Source: Trichoplax adhaerens (taxonomy: Eukaryota > Animalia > Placozoa). From it: a stretch of DNA of 64,000 nt. The stretch spans positions 688,880 to 752,879 of the forward strand of contig NW_002060966.1 in the NCBI RefSeq assembly GCF_000150275.1, given 5' to 3'. The notes under the pieces were generated by a model. The model was not told where the DNA came from, did not search any database, and was given only the letters and a program-made list of their open reading frames with translations. A program made the translations under genes and the position numbers. Position 1 is the stretch's first letter, and every line of letters begins with the position of its first letter. Below, in pieces: positions 13,686 to 25,558 of this stretch.

Positions 13686-16600
13686 TTATAATGCCATCTT
13701 AGTAGCTATTTCTCCTTGCCGAAAAGTATTAGATTCTTGTATAATAGGTTCAGTATCTATCAGTTTGTGTTAATAGAAACAGGTCATATACATATGTCGA
13801 TATGCAATTATAGCAGATATTATAGCATTGTTCTAGTTATAACAGAGCTCTAAATTTAATTTTGCGTAAATAAAAGAGAATGAAATCGTACAGATTAAAT
13901 TACTTCCACAGATTCTATCAATCTGCTGAATTTAAGCAACTTTGCTTTATCATAACACTATTCTTAATGCATAAATGAGATCTACGTTTAAGCTCTTATC
14001 ACTACTTGATCAATAGCGACGGTATTAACGAAATGATATAGTATAATTACGATAGTCCGTTAACTATTTTAAATTATATTTTTTTAGTATTGTCATGCAA
14101 TTGTAAGTCACAAATTATAGAAATCTAGTAAGAATTCGGTATAGGACATAATACGTATCTGATAAATGAATTACAAGAGAGTACTTTTCTAAGAATTTAG
14201 TAACATTAGTTAAAAGCCATCAACGACGAATCAAAGACCATACCAATTTTTCCGTAAGACTCTACCTACAAATTAATCACCTTGTTTGTCAGATTCTTTT
14301 CTTATCTTATATTCTAGATTTACTTGTAGTGATTGAACTAAATAATCAATATTTTATCAAACGGAATTCTTTAATACAGCTAATCGCGATTTTCCATTAG
14401 CGAATGCGGTACATGATATAGTATTAATTTGATAAACGTAATTATCCCTTAGATATATGATCGTAGTTCAATAATTACAAGGAATAACATATAAGTCATG
14501 AAATTTTTTGTGTAAACCTGACTAAGTCGCCTATTGACCAAATAGAACAGAATTTTCTTATTATCAATGTTATTTTGTGATCTTAAAAGCCTCTGTACTC
14601 ATTTATAGGCGAATAATATAGCAAATATTAAATAAATATAAACTTCAAAAGTAAACTGAAAAAGAAGCCTCTGAAAAATGATTTTTAATATTGTAGAAAG
14701 ATAAATTTATGCTTTAGCTCAGTCGCTCAACTTAAGTTTTACGATGTTTACTTGCTCATCATAAAGCATTTATCAGCTAATATCCTATAGAAAGATTATA
14801 ATTTCGCATTACAGTTATAAGATCTAATCCAAATTTAATCTATAGATTGCCATTTATTTTTAAGTATCTCCAATGCTTGACAGCGACTTAGATTTCTTAC
14901 CGTAGTGTCTTAATCCCTTGTATGAATTATCTATTTCACTAAGGACTGCAGTATTTGCATCTATCCTTGCGAAGATCAACTTATACTATTTTATATTCTA
15001 CACGATAGTACAATCATCATTATTAATACTTGAAACAATTACGACATAGCGCATACAGATTTGTTTGAAATTGTAATGTTGATATCCTTAAAGGTACTGC
15101 AAAAGTAACAAAGCTAATTTTATTAGATAATATAGTACAAGATTAACGTAACATATCGTAAAGTTACAGTAAATAGCAGAATAAAAACGGAAATTAAACT
15201 TGCTTTTCGTCGAAGTTATGCTATAATAATGCTACAGTATGGTACTTTCCGGAAACAGGAAATAGTTTTGACGTCACAATTGATATCATTTAAAAATTGT
15301 AACGTTCATACTAGGTCATTACAACGAATATGAAGGACTTACTGGGAAGTAAATTTTGATCTTTCTCGACATCAATGTTACATTCTTGGATTTTTCTTGA
15401 CTTTTCTTTAATTTCATCTGCCATATGTTTCATTTTTTCTCCCAATTTTTGTAATGAATTCAAAGAATGCCTTGCTAATAGATCGCAAACCTTATAAATA
15501 TCTCGATCACTACAACCTAAAAGGATATCCAACAAAGCTGCAGAACGTTCAGCTTTTATTTGTTGTCCATTCATAAAATCAATATCTTCAGGCATTAAGA
15601 TACCCATTCGTAGCAAAAAATGCTTAATATGATCATATGGCTCCGCGCTCTTAAAGTCTTGACGATAATGCCATAACACTTTACGTATATTGTCGCTTAA
15701 AGCTGGCAGACTTTGTGAATCTAAAGCTAGAAACGTTCAAATAGACCCATAAGATAAATCTTGATCATGCTTACTATGCTTATAATATTGTAGATGTAAT
15801 ATATTTGGATTTCACCAACAACATGCTTCTTTTTAGCAACTGTGGTAATGTTGAAAACGAGAACATAAAACGTGAAACATAATTTAATCTACATGTATAA
15901 CAATAGCATTAATAAATCCACAAGGTATATAGCTATAGAAATAAAGGTAATATCTTATCTAAACAGAAAATTTGATGAAATAAAGTACCGCTATTCTGTT
16001 AACAGAATGGATGTTTAATTTCTTTGTTACTTCAACAACATAAACTAAAATAATGGAATAGCAACGGAAATTAAACTTATTCTCCCGACAATAAAACGTA
16101 TCCTATTCAGGACGGCAATTAAAACTTATTTAGTAAACTCACTAACCATTTGTGTAATCTAATTGCTTGCTAGCTGCCTTGGAACGTTTTCTTTTAATTC
16201 CAGAAACTGGTGACATTAGCTCTGAATATTCGCGGCTATTATGCATTGAAGGCATATCAGCAACAGTTTCGCAGTCAGACTCATTTTCGTCTTCTTCTAT
16301 AATACAAGTACATTTGAACTTTATTATATTATCATTACAATCGTAATTGTTATATAAAATTGAAGATGGAAGAATTCCTAAACTAGAACTTTATTTCTGA
16401 AAGCAAACGATAAATAATTAATAAAAGCGTCAGTTTTAAGGTTACATCGTATGTTGGACATTACAAGGTTGCTGAAAGATCAGATCAACTGTATGAACTT
16501 TAGTTTATCAATAAATGCGACACTATAACTACGAAGAATTATCCAAAAATGATTCATAATTTTTTACCTCGCTCTCGTTTTCGCCGGTCCTCTATCCGAC

Positions 16601-19600
16601 TTTGTGGTAAGTATTGCTCTCCATTAATTTTTCTCATTGCCTGAATTGAACAGAAAGATCTAATTATCAATGTTATTTGTTGATTCTCGGAAGATTTTAT
16701 ACTCATCTATATTTGAAATAATATTGCAAATATGAATCAATCTTAACCTCCGAAACAGACTGAACTAAAAGCTATGAAGAAAAATATTTAAATTTTGGAG
16801 TAGAATAAATTTATACTTTACTTTAATAACCCTGTTTACGTTGTACAATATTTATTAATTGCTCATCGTAAAATATTTATAAATCAATATTGCATGCAAA
16901 AGCTACTATTTCACATTAAAGTTATAAAATCTTATAACAAATATAATCTATCAATTATCACTTATTATGAGGTATCTAAAATAATGTAAGAGCTACTCTG
17001 ATTCCTTTACTATCTTAATTCCATCCATGAATTATTTGTTTAATTAAAGACTAAATTATTTATGTCTATCTTTGCAATGATCAACTTATATTATTTAATA
17101 TTCTAAACGATAGTATAATCATGAACTTTTAATTCTACACATTTAACACTATATCGTATTCAAAAACTGTTTAAAATTATAATATTAATATCTTTTACTA
17201 TGTAACTAATGGTGCTAAATTTTATTAGATCATCTCATACTGCTACTATAAAAGTTCCTTGATTCTCTAATCGTATTTCTATTGATGAAATAACGTCATG
17301 ATTACCAATTGTCATATAGTTAGTTACTTATAGCCAGAGAAAATCGCTTAACAATCTCAATTACTAAACCATTTCACTTGCATTTCCTTTATGAGAGCTG
17401 CTATGCCGTTAGAGCGATAATATACCTTGGAATATGTCTTCGCATTATCAGCCGACGATGTTAGAGTATCTTCTTTACCACACGTTGATAGTTTTGATGG
17501 ATTAGAGAAAGTAACAACTTGATCTGATGATGTTGATTTGATACCTTTACAGGGCGAACGCGACGAAAAGAGTACTATGGAAAGACATACAAATTATAAT
17601 TAGAAATTGTAGATTGGATTCCTTTCTGTAATATAAAAATTTTGTATTATACCGAATATAGATAGCTTTGCAGTCTGTTTCTACTATACTCAAATATAGT
17701 TTGTTATGTTTAGTTATTTATAGCACCTGCAGTCTTCATTGTTTCCTACAATCATTTGCTATTACTTTGTCTGTTTATGGCAAATATCATATCCAATTCT
17801 ACAATCCTGTTCTCTGCGTGAGTTCTATCTCTTAATTTATAAGTACTGATGATTTATGCCATAGATTCGCCAGTTGAACTAGCCGCAATAGTAGTACTTC
17901 CTCACGTTACTTCACGACAGCTCATATGCTGATCTACCGTAACTACCGCATTGTATCTCCGCTATTGTCTACAACACAGTATCCACTTTTATTAAAACCC
18001 TTTCCATAATTTCTGAGAATAGCTACCAAATCCGCAGCCGCTGACTCTCCGAACCCTCCATCACACTTTTAAACTATAAAGTGCCAATTAGTTTTAATAT
18101 CAATCTTGTAATACTGCTCTATAAAGTAAAATTGCAGAAACTTATATATTTCATTTTGAGTTGTAAGGTATTATTTTTGGCTCTATCTGTAGGATCTAGG
18201 TAAAAACTGCCTTGATAAAGTATTAGAAATCTGCTAATTGATACAAGCAATTAATTATTAAAGAGTGCCGTATGCGTGCTAACGCTTCTGAAGATACTTC
18301 ACTGCAGACTTATATACTGCTATATGGCACCTACTTCATTATCATTTGGTGTACAGTTTGCATTAAGTTATCGATTACCTTCTGTAAGACAGTATAATAT
18401 TGTATTCTAAGTTGATGATATATTTAGTAATGTCTACCGTAGGTGTTGTGTTCAATATGTGATAGATATTCTCGTTAGAGGCTTAAGTATTAAAGATAGC
18501 TAGCTTAGTAACTGTAATCCTTTTGAAGAGGAGCGCTACAGTGCTCACACTAGAGCTTCACATGAAAGGTGTAAACTATCCTGTATTTGAGATGCTAATA
18601 CTAAAGTGTGTAGTAAGTAAGGTGCTAAGACTGTAAACGCGGAAAGGTATATAAGCAAGTAGTTTACTATAGTAAGATAGTTCTTTCTTGTTAATAGAAG
18701 ACCTCAGCTAATCGATTACGTTGTATCTTCGTAAAGGAGGTTTTGTTCGATAAATCTTAATTTTGTAAAGTTTTGAAGATTCTTGATCTATCAACCTCAC
18801 ACCTTCTAAATTCAAGTATTCTCTAAATAGCTATAAGCTGATCTTGCAACTCTTTCGAGCTATTAATCACATTCATGGAGAAAGTATTTTAAGAAAGAAC
18901 ATATCAAAATCAGTCTTAATCAAGAACTATGGCGCTACTAACTATGATCATCGTAATCGGTGACAAAATTTTCATACTATATGGAGGATTTATTATTGAA
19001 ACCTTCCGTTAACAGCGTTAGAAAACCAATACACGAAATTACCTGAATCCCAACCTTTCATGTTTGCTAGCTTATGCTTGGTACGGCATTTAGCGTTAGT
19101 GCATTTGATTATTCGTGCTGCAACATGACTAGAATAAGCCATTAATTGATCACATTTTAGGCAAGGAAAAAAATATCCGCAGTCAAATTCTTGTCGCTCA
19201 GGGTAAACATCCTTCACGATTTTCGATAGCATTGTTTTAAAATAAACATATAATTGATCGTTGCTTAATGCTGAAATTGCTTTCGTTTTAATCTGATAAT
19301 CTTCTTTCGGTTCGCCTATAATTTCGTAGCAATACTGAATTCTAATATGTGATGCACTCTTTCCAACTATTATAGTATAATTACCATGTTTTGGTAAGTA
19401 TTTAGCGCTATGATAATATAATTCAACATCCAATTCTGATTGGGATGACAGTAAAAACTGATGAAAGATTTGATCTGTAATATATAGAGGTGAGTGTTTG
19501 TCGTAACCTAGATAAAGCCAAGACGATTGAAATCCGCATTTTAATTCGTTGCCTGTTTCTTTCTTACGTAAAGATAATAAATACGGGAGAAAATACTGTT

Positions 19601-22600
19601 CATATGTACTAGCTTTTATATCCTCCAGATTTCTTGAAGCTTTGTAAATTAAACGATTTTGTTCCATTACTTGTAGCAGAGAATCAATATCTTCTTCCAA
19701 TAATGCTTCATGACTTATTGCACACTTTACGGAGGCTTTAGTAACGATTCCATAGTCCCTAGCCCATTTGCAATATTCTCTGCTCTTGCTACTGCTGGCA
19801 AGACGACGTTGCTTATAATTATCGACCAATGTAGAAATTTTGCGAAAGTTATCGTAAAACCAACTTAATTCTGTAACTATAAGACTATCAGTCTCACTGT
19901 ATTGACTAAATATTATTTCTCCTATGCCGTGTAAAAATTTTAGAACGTTTATAATCTCACTCTGCTCCATTCTGTTTGTAGCTTTAGTGTAAACTTGTTC
20001 TAGTGTCTGAATATATTGCATACCGGTGGAATTCTGCTTATCTAGAGTATGGCTAATATTCCTATCAGATACTAGTATAGGATTATCGAATAATTCCGCC
20101 ATTATGTACCATTTAAGTTTAATTTTCTGTTTGAAGAACGGAACGTCTAGGATACAATTTTGAATTTTTTCGCATAATTTGTTCCAGCTACTGCTATTGA
20201 CCGTCTCCTCTAAATCTTTACTCTGATTTCCATCAACTGTATTGATTATTATTTCCGGAGAATAAAAGTGTGATTTATACTGTGGCATTTTCATATCCAA
20301 CTCATCCATAAATTGACTTCGTCTAGTCCATTGCGCTTCTTCTGTTAATTTATCATCGCTATTAGTGGCAACAAATAGAATGATTGGCAATGGAATTTCG
20401 TCCTCTTGACTATCAATGCTAATATATGACTGATTCTCTTTTGTATTCCAATCAATTGCATTAATCAGCCATTCCTGAAATGAAGTCATATAATCATGGC
20501 GACCAACACCGTAATCACTACTGACAATTTTATCCAGTTTGACACTGACATCAAAAGGAGCAATGTAAACATTATGCTGAAATTTGAAGGGTTGATAGTA
20601 AGCGTGATTGTTAAAATTCCAAATTTTAGCAAACTGATTAGCATGGTAATATTTACGCCTCTGATGGAATTTCTGGAAACATCGCGAGAAAGACGGTGAA
20701 GATAAACTTTTAGTAGTTTCATTAAGCAGGCTGATAATATTGTCACTAGCTGTGGTGATTTCGTTATCATTATTATTAACGGGATAGTCTATATCGATTT
20801 TGTCATCTATAATTTTATCACTACTCGAAATGGCAATTCTACTTTTATCACTAGACTGATTGTTGCCTATTTCAAGAGCAGCGGAAAAAATTCTTTGTAA
20901 CTCAGGGTTTGGTGATATATTCCCCTGCTTTTCTATGACTGATAATACTTTATTATCGATGAAAGATTGTCTATCAAAAATAATTTTTTCGTCCGAATTA
21001 CTTGCTTGTTTTATGGTATCCAAGTTGATTAACACCGTTGTAGCATTAGGAGAACTTTCAGGTTGTTTGGTTAGTAATTTATATATAAAAGATTTGTCTT
21101 CATGATTTGGTCCAATAAGCATTATATTTGCAAAGTTATTTGAAAATTCACCACGAACAAGCGCTGTTTCAAAGGCTTCTTTAAATTCTCTTATAGCTGT
21201 CCCTGATTTGAAATTTCAATATTAGTCAAGAAATAAACGGTCTATCAAAATCGAAGCCTAAGCAGCTGTCTATTTGAGATTTTTATTTCAATTAGTAGTT
21301 TATCTAATTTCATTTGAATAATACTGTATAGCATCGCACGTTATTTGATCAGCTAATCATTTAATTAAGCAAACTATCATTATTAATGATCTTTCTACCG
21401 TATTTAAAATTATAACAAGTAGGAATGAAGCTATTTCTATATCAGCTACTTATATGCTGAAGAAATAATTGCTATATCAAATCAACATGTTGCAAGACCC
21501 AATAATTATTCCATGAACAAAGTGAAGTGCGATAAATTGACTTTGTACTCACTAGCTATGGTTAAAATAGAGCTTTTGTCCCTAACTTTTACACTAACAG
21601 ATTTCCTTGCAGTAGTTTTTTGCTCGGATAATTCACTCTCGCTATAATCTATTAATAAGATAATAAAATACTGATTAACTTTCGTCATAAAATTATACAA
21701 TCTTCATTAAGTAGTATTAATGAGCTGTACTACCTGATGATGATGAAGTTAGCAATAGTCCAGTCACCGCACATTGACGGTATTTGCGTTTTGTCTTTGA
21801 TGATATAAATATTTTACGACTTGCCATTTGCTGCGAATAGCCTTCATCGTCACTTTCGCTATACGCTCGAATTCTTATACCTAAATTAAATTTCAATATT
21901 TCTAGTTAAATCTTTATACTCGTCATATAAATACGGATATTTGACCGGAACTATGAACGGCCAGTTAATAAACATTAGCTATTTTAAATAGTATTCGGAA
22001 GTCTCGGTCTCAAATACGTCAGCAAATATCGACAATTATGTCTAATGCATTCGATTAAGCAATACCACTTATTAGTCGTACTATTTTTGCTATTCATAGG
22101 TAAAATATCAACTGTAGTATCCTCTATATTAAAACTCTTATTATTTGTTACACTAGTGCTACCTGGCAATTAAAAATTAAGAAAATATTGGTACGTCATT
22201 GTTACAGAGTTATACACTTTAGTATCGAGGTAATAGCAGAAACAATTATGTTAGGATAATTTTGTTGATTTACCCCTATATGAAGAGTTTCTGATTTAGT
22301 TATGTAATATTTAAATGTAACTCTAGCTTTTATGGTGATACATACAGCCTACTGAAATTATTAGCTTAATTAGGGAATCGAGAATAATCTTCTTACAATT
22401 CAAATCACTGTGATTTTAATTTACTTATGGTAGATTGTAGATTATCGTAGAAATGTTCCGTGATAGACGATTTTGTAATCTGACGATTTTTGATTAGTCA
22501 ATGGATATCTATGTTCGTAAATACTGTTATCTTAATTAGGTAGCAGTAGATAAAATTAGCGTTTGATTCATTATCAGGTTTAAACGTCAATATCACTAAC

Positions 22601-25558
22601 TAGGGTGTCTTTGCGATTGTAAAAGAGTCTATAAATACGATAAATCGTATAATAAAGTGAGTTCTTATGATTAGTGTTTAAGATAAGATACGAGGCGTCT
22701 AAGTCTTTTTGTAGTCTGCTAGTATAGGAAAACAGTTCATGAAAGAGTAGATACTGCTCCCTGATATGTGCTTCAGGGAATCGACTGATTGATCGTGCAT
22801 TACGTTATCTTGTAGCAAAGCTGTTTTGTAACAGTAATGACATTCTTTTGAAATATTTTTTCAATTAAAAGAATAGAAATGAGAGTTTCTAAAAGGATTA
22901 TATGGAACAAAAATATCCTGCAATTAAGCCAAAAAATATTCGTAAGAAAGTTCGCTTCTTTGACTGTACATAATTCTTATCTCTAATGATGCGGAATATA
23001 CCACGTTTCATTTAATAATCGTCATCAATTTGAGCTACAGAAATTACTGCTAACTCTAGCAAACAAAGTATTCTATTATAGAATTAAAGGCTATTTAATT
23101 ACCTTTATATATTAATAATCTAGACATCATAAACAAGAGAATTTGAATTATTTCTGCTCGTATTACAATCTATAAGACTTGATATTCATTTGAAAATTCT
23201 CATCTTATGTTTCTACTTGATGGAAAATCTAGATACTTACTACATCAGTATGGTTTAAACGTAAACTCTGTTACTAATATAAATATAAATATTTTAATAC
23301 GTAATTTTACTGTCACAATATATTTGAAAGCAATTATTAGTGCTGTAATCTATTGCTACAGCTACCCTTACGGTACATGAAGCAGCACAGTACTTGTAAT
23401 AAATTTTACTTTAACCTGTAAGATTAATTCCTCAGCCTATGGTACAGCAACTAGAATCTTTAGGTTAATGCACTAACGAATGGCTCGATATAACGTAACT
23501 CTCATACTTTTTATTGTTCATTATCCAAGTTATGCAATCTATCAGTCGTTATAAATATATTTGTTACGCTATCAGTATTTCTTTGAAAACAATGATATAA
23601 CACATTTGTAAGCAATTATCAGAGCTGAAATCTATTGCTACAAGTACCCTTGCGACATATAAAACAACACAATACTTATAGAAATTTTGTAGTATAGTCA
23701 AACACAGCTTATTACTCGTGCATAAACTAACATACAAAATCGAGTGCGAAAAATTATTTGGTTTATCTTCTTAATACAACTATTTTGTACCTGGGTGATC
23801 GCTTGAATTATCAGACAGTATCCTGACATTTGTCTCCCCATCGTTACCTTCATTACTACTTAATGGTTCCTCTATGAATTTAGCTATCTTATCAATTTCG
23901 TCCTTCAACCACTGAAAGTCTTCTATATCTTGTTCATTGCAACTATTTCCATTATTTCCATTATTTTCGCGATTTATCAATGAATATGGACGGCCTGAAA
24001 GTAATTTATATATCTTGCGTAGTTTATGATAAGCTGTCTTCATTTCTTTATATGGCTTTTGTTTCTTTATATCTACTAAGCAGCTTCTATCTAATGCTAG
24101 AATGCTATCGCTACTGCGTATATATTTTTCCCATCTAGTCTCACTATAATAGGATCTCACAAAATCGATTTTATGCTTATCGCAGATTTCTTTCCGAAAT
24201 TTTAAACTTTCCATGTACTCTTTTTTAGAGGCGTCTAACATATTAAGACTCTTATATAATTTTGCAATTTCATCTCGAATATCTGCAATCAACAGGCGGC
24301 GATGGTTTGATATTCCATTTAGAATTTCCTTGGATTTTATTAAATTTTCCTTTGCTGTTTTGAATCTGGATTTTTCTAAGTGTGCTTTTCCGATCCCATA
24401 GAAAGCTTTACTCAATTCAACTTTATTTCTATACGTATCTTCTGGGACATTAACAACCCTGTTGTAAAAGAGCGTTGACACTTTAAAAGAATTATAATCA
24501 CTTTCCCTGTCTTTCTTACGCTTGACTTTTCTCATTCTGAGAGATATTTCACCCAAAATGTTATTAATTTTTGCCCAAAATTGATAATCGTTGTATTCTT
24601 CATAATCCTTATTTTTTTTTATTACTATTTTGAACCAGCTATTAGCTTCTTTTAATTTATCTATAGCAAAGTAAGCTTTTCCTAAATATTCCGCTGAATC
24701 TATTATGTGCCAACTATTATCTTTAAAGTTTTTCTTCTTGATTCTATATGACCGCCGAAAGCAATCTATAGCTCGAAGATAATCACCCTGCATATAAAAT
24801 AGATTGCCAATGGTATCATTAAGTAAAGCCAACTTGACAGTCATTTTTATATCCGACGGCAATGAAGATTTTAATTTATCCAAAAGTGTCTTAGATAAAT
24901 TTGAAGGTGTTGAGTTTACAGTTGTTTCCTCAAAAATTTTTTGTATGCTTCGTAGTACTGTTATTGACTTCTTGACATTTTGAGGTTTACAGTTTTCAGT
25001 CGTTTTCTCAGTTTTCTCGTTTTCAATCATTTTCTCAATGCTGTTTTGCATGCTTCTTGATTGTTCTCTTACAGACTTCAGAATAACAGATCGAGCCATG
25101 TCATATTTATATTGTAACATATAAACACTTGCTTTACCACCTTGAACCAAAGTTAGTAAATTATTGGGTTCATTCGAATTTAAATTTCGAATAGCAACTT
25201 CAAAATTACGTAAAGCTTCATCATACTCTCCATTTTTGATACTTACATTGCCCATTATATACTGAGCTTCAGCAAGTAAAGAATTTAGAAATTTTTCTTT
25301 GAAATGTGACTTTTTTGCCTCAAAGTCTTTCTTAACTTTATCAAGTTGATGAAGCTGAAATTTAGACTTCATTAAACCAATCCAACTTCTACAAGTAAAT
25401 CTGGTATAATCTTTATCATCAATGCACTCCAACTGCTCCGCATCCTTGTTCGTCTCATTATAACACTTTATTGCATTGTAATAGCTTCCATTATCGTAGT
25501 AATCGTCTGCTTGATCAAGTGTAGATATTAATTTTTCATTTAATGGTTTATTATCCAT
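13686..25558 (-). CDS. Multi-exon TPR-Roc(degenerate)-COR-Cys4-CARD Roco-family protein, ~1690 aa (exons 25558-23791, 22162-22082, 21880-21734, 21648-21553, 21202-19043, 17574-17426, 16640-16568, 16296-16147, 15720-15343, 13756-13686)
   Basis: Manual splicing: every junction is GT-AG and frame-compatible (phases 1,1,1,1,1,0,1,1,1) with no stop until TAA at 13688-13686; joins ORFs 23780..25558, 21984..22169, 21506..21700, 18993..21122 and 15311..15679. A 33-nt symmetric microexon at 14313-14281 is also possible. Confidence 0.72.
15343..15720 (-). CDS. CARD exon (symmetric phase 1-1)
   Basis: IRKVLWHYRQDF...HFLLRMGILMPEDIDFM...AERSAALLDILLGCSDRDIYKVCDLL fits the CARD pattern; ctttag| acceptor, |gtaagt donor. 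Confidence 0.8.
19043..21202 (-). CDS. Roc-COR exon (2160 nt, symmetric phase 1-1) with C-terminal CxxC...CxxxxC motif
   Basis: Roc-like IMLIGPNHEDKS, KIWNFNNHAYY, ILFVATNSD; COR-like LKFLHGIGEIIF, LIVTELSWFYDNFRKI, YFLPYLL; PCLKCD...IKCTNAKC; acceptor aaatcag| at 21203 and donor TCAG|gtaatt at 19042. Confidence 0.85.
23791..25558 (-). CDS. TPR-repeat exon (first coding exon of the Roco gene)
   Basis: 592-aa ORF with TPR-like helices (AEAQYIMGNVSIKNGEYDEALRNFE, LNDTIGNLFYMQGDYLRAIDCF, SKAFYGIGKAHLEKSRFKTAKENL); CCAG|GTACAA donor just before the ORF stop. Confidence 0.88.
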
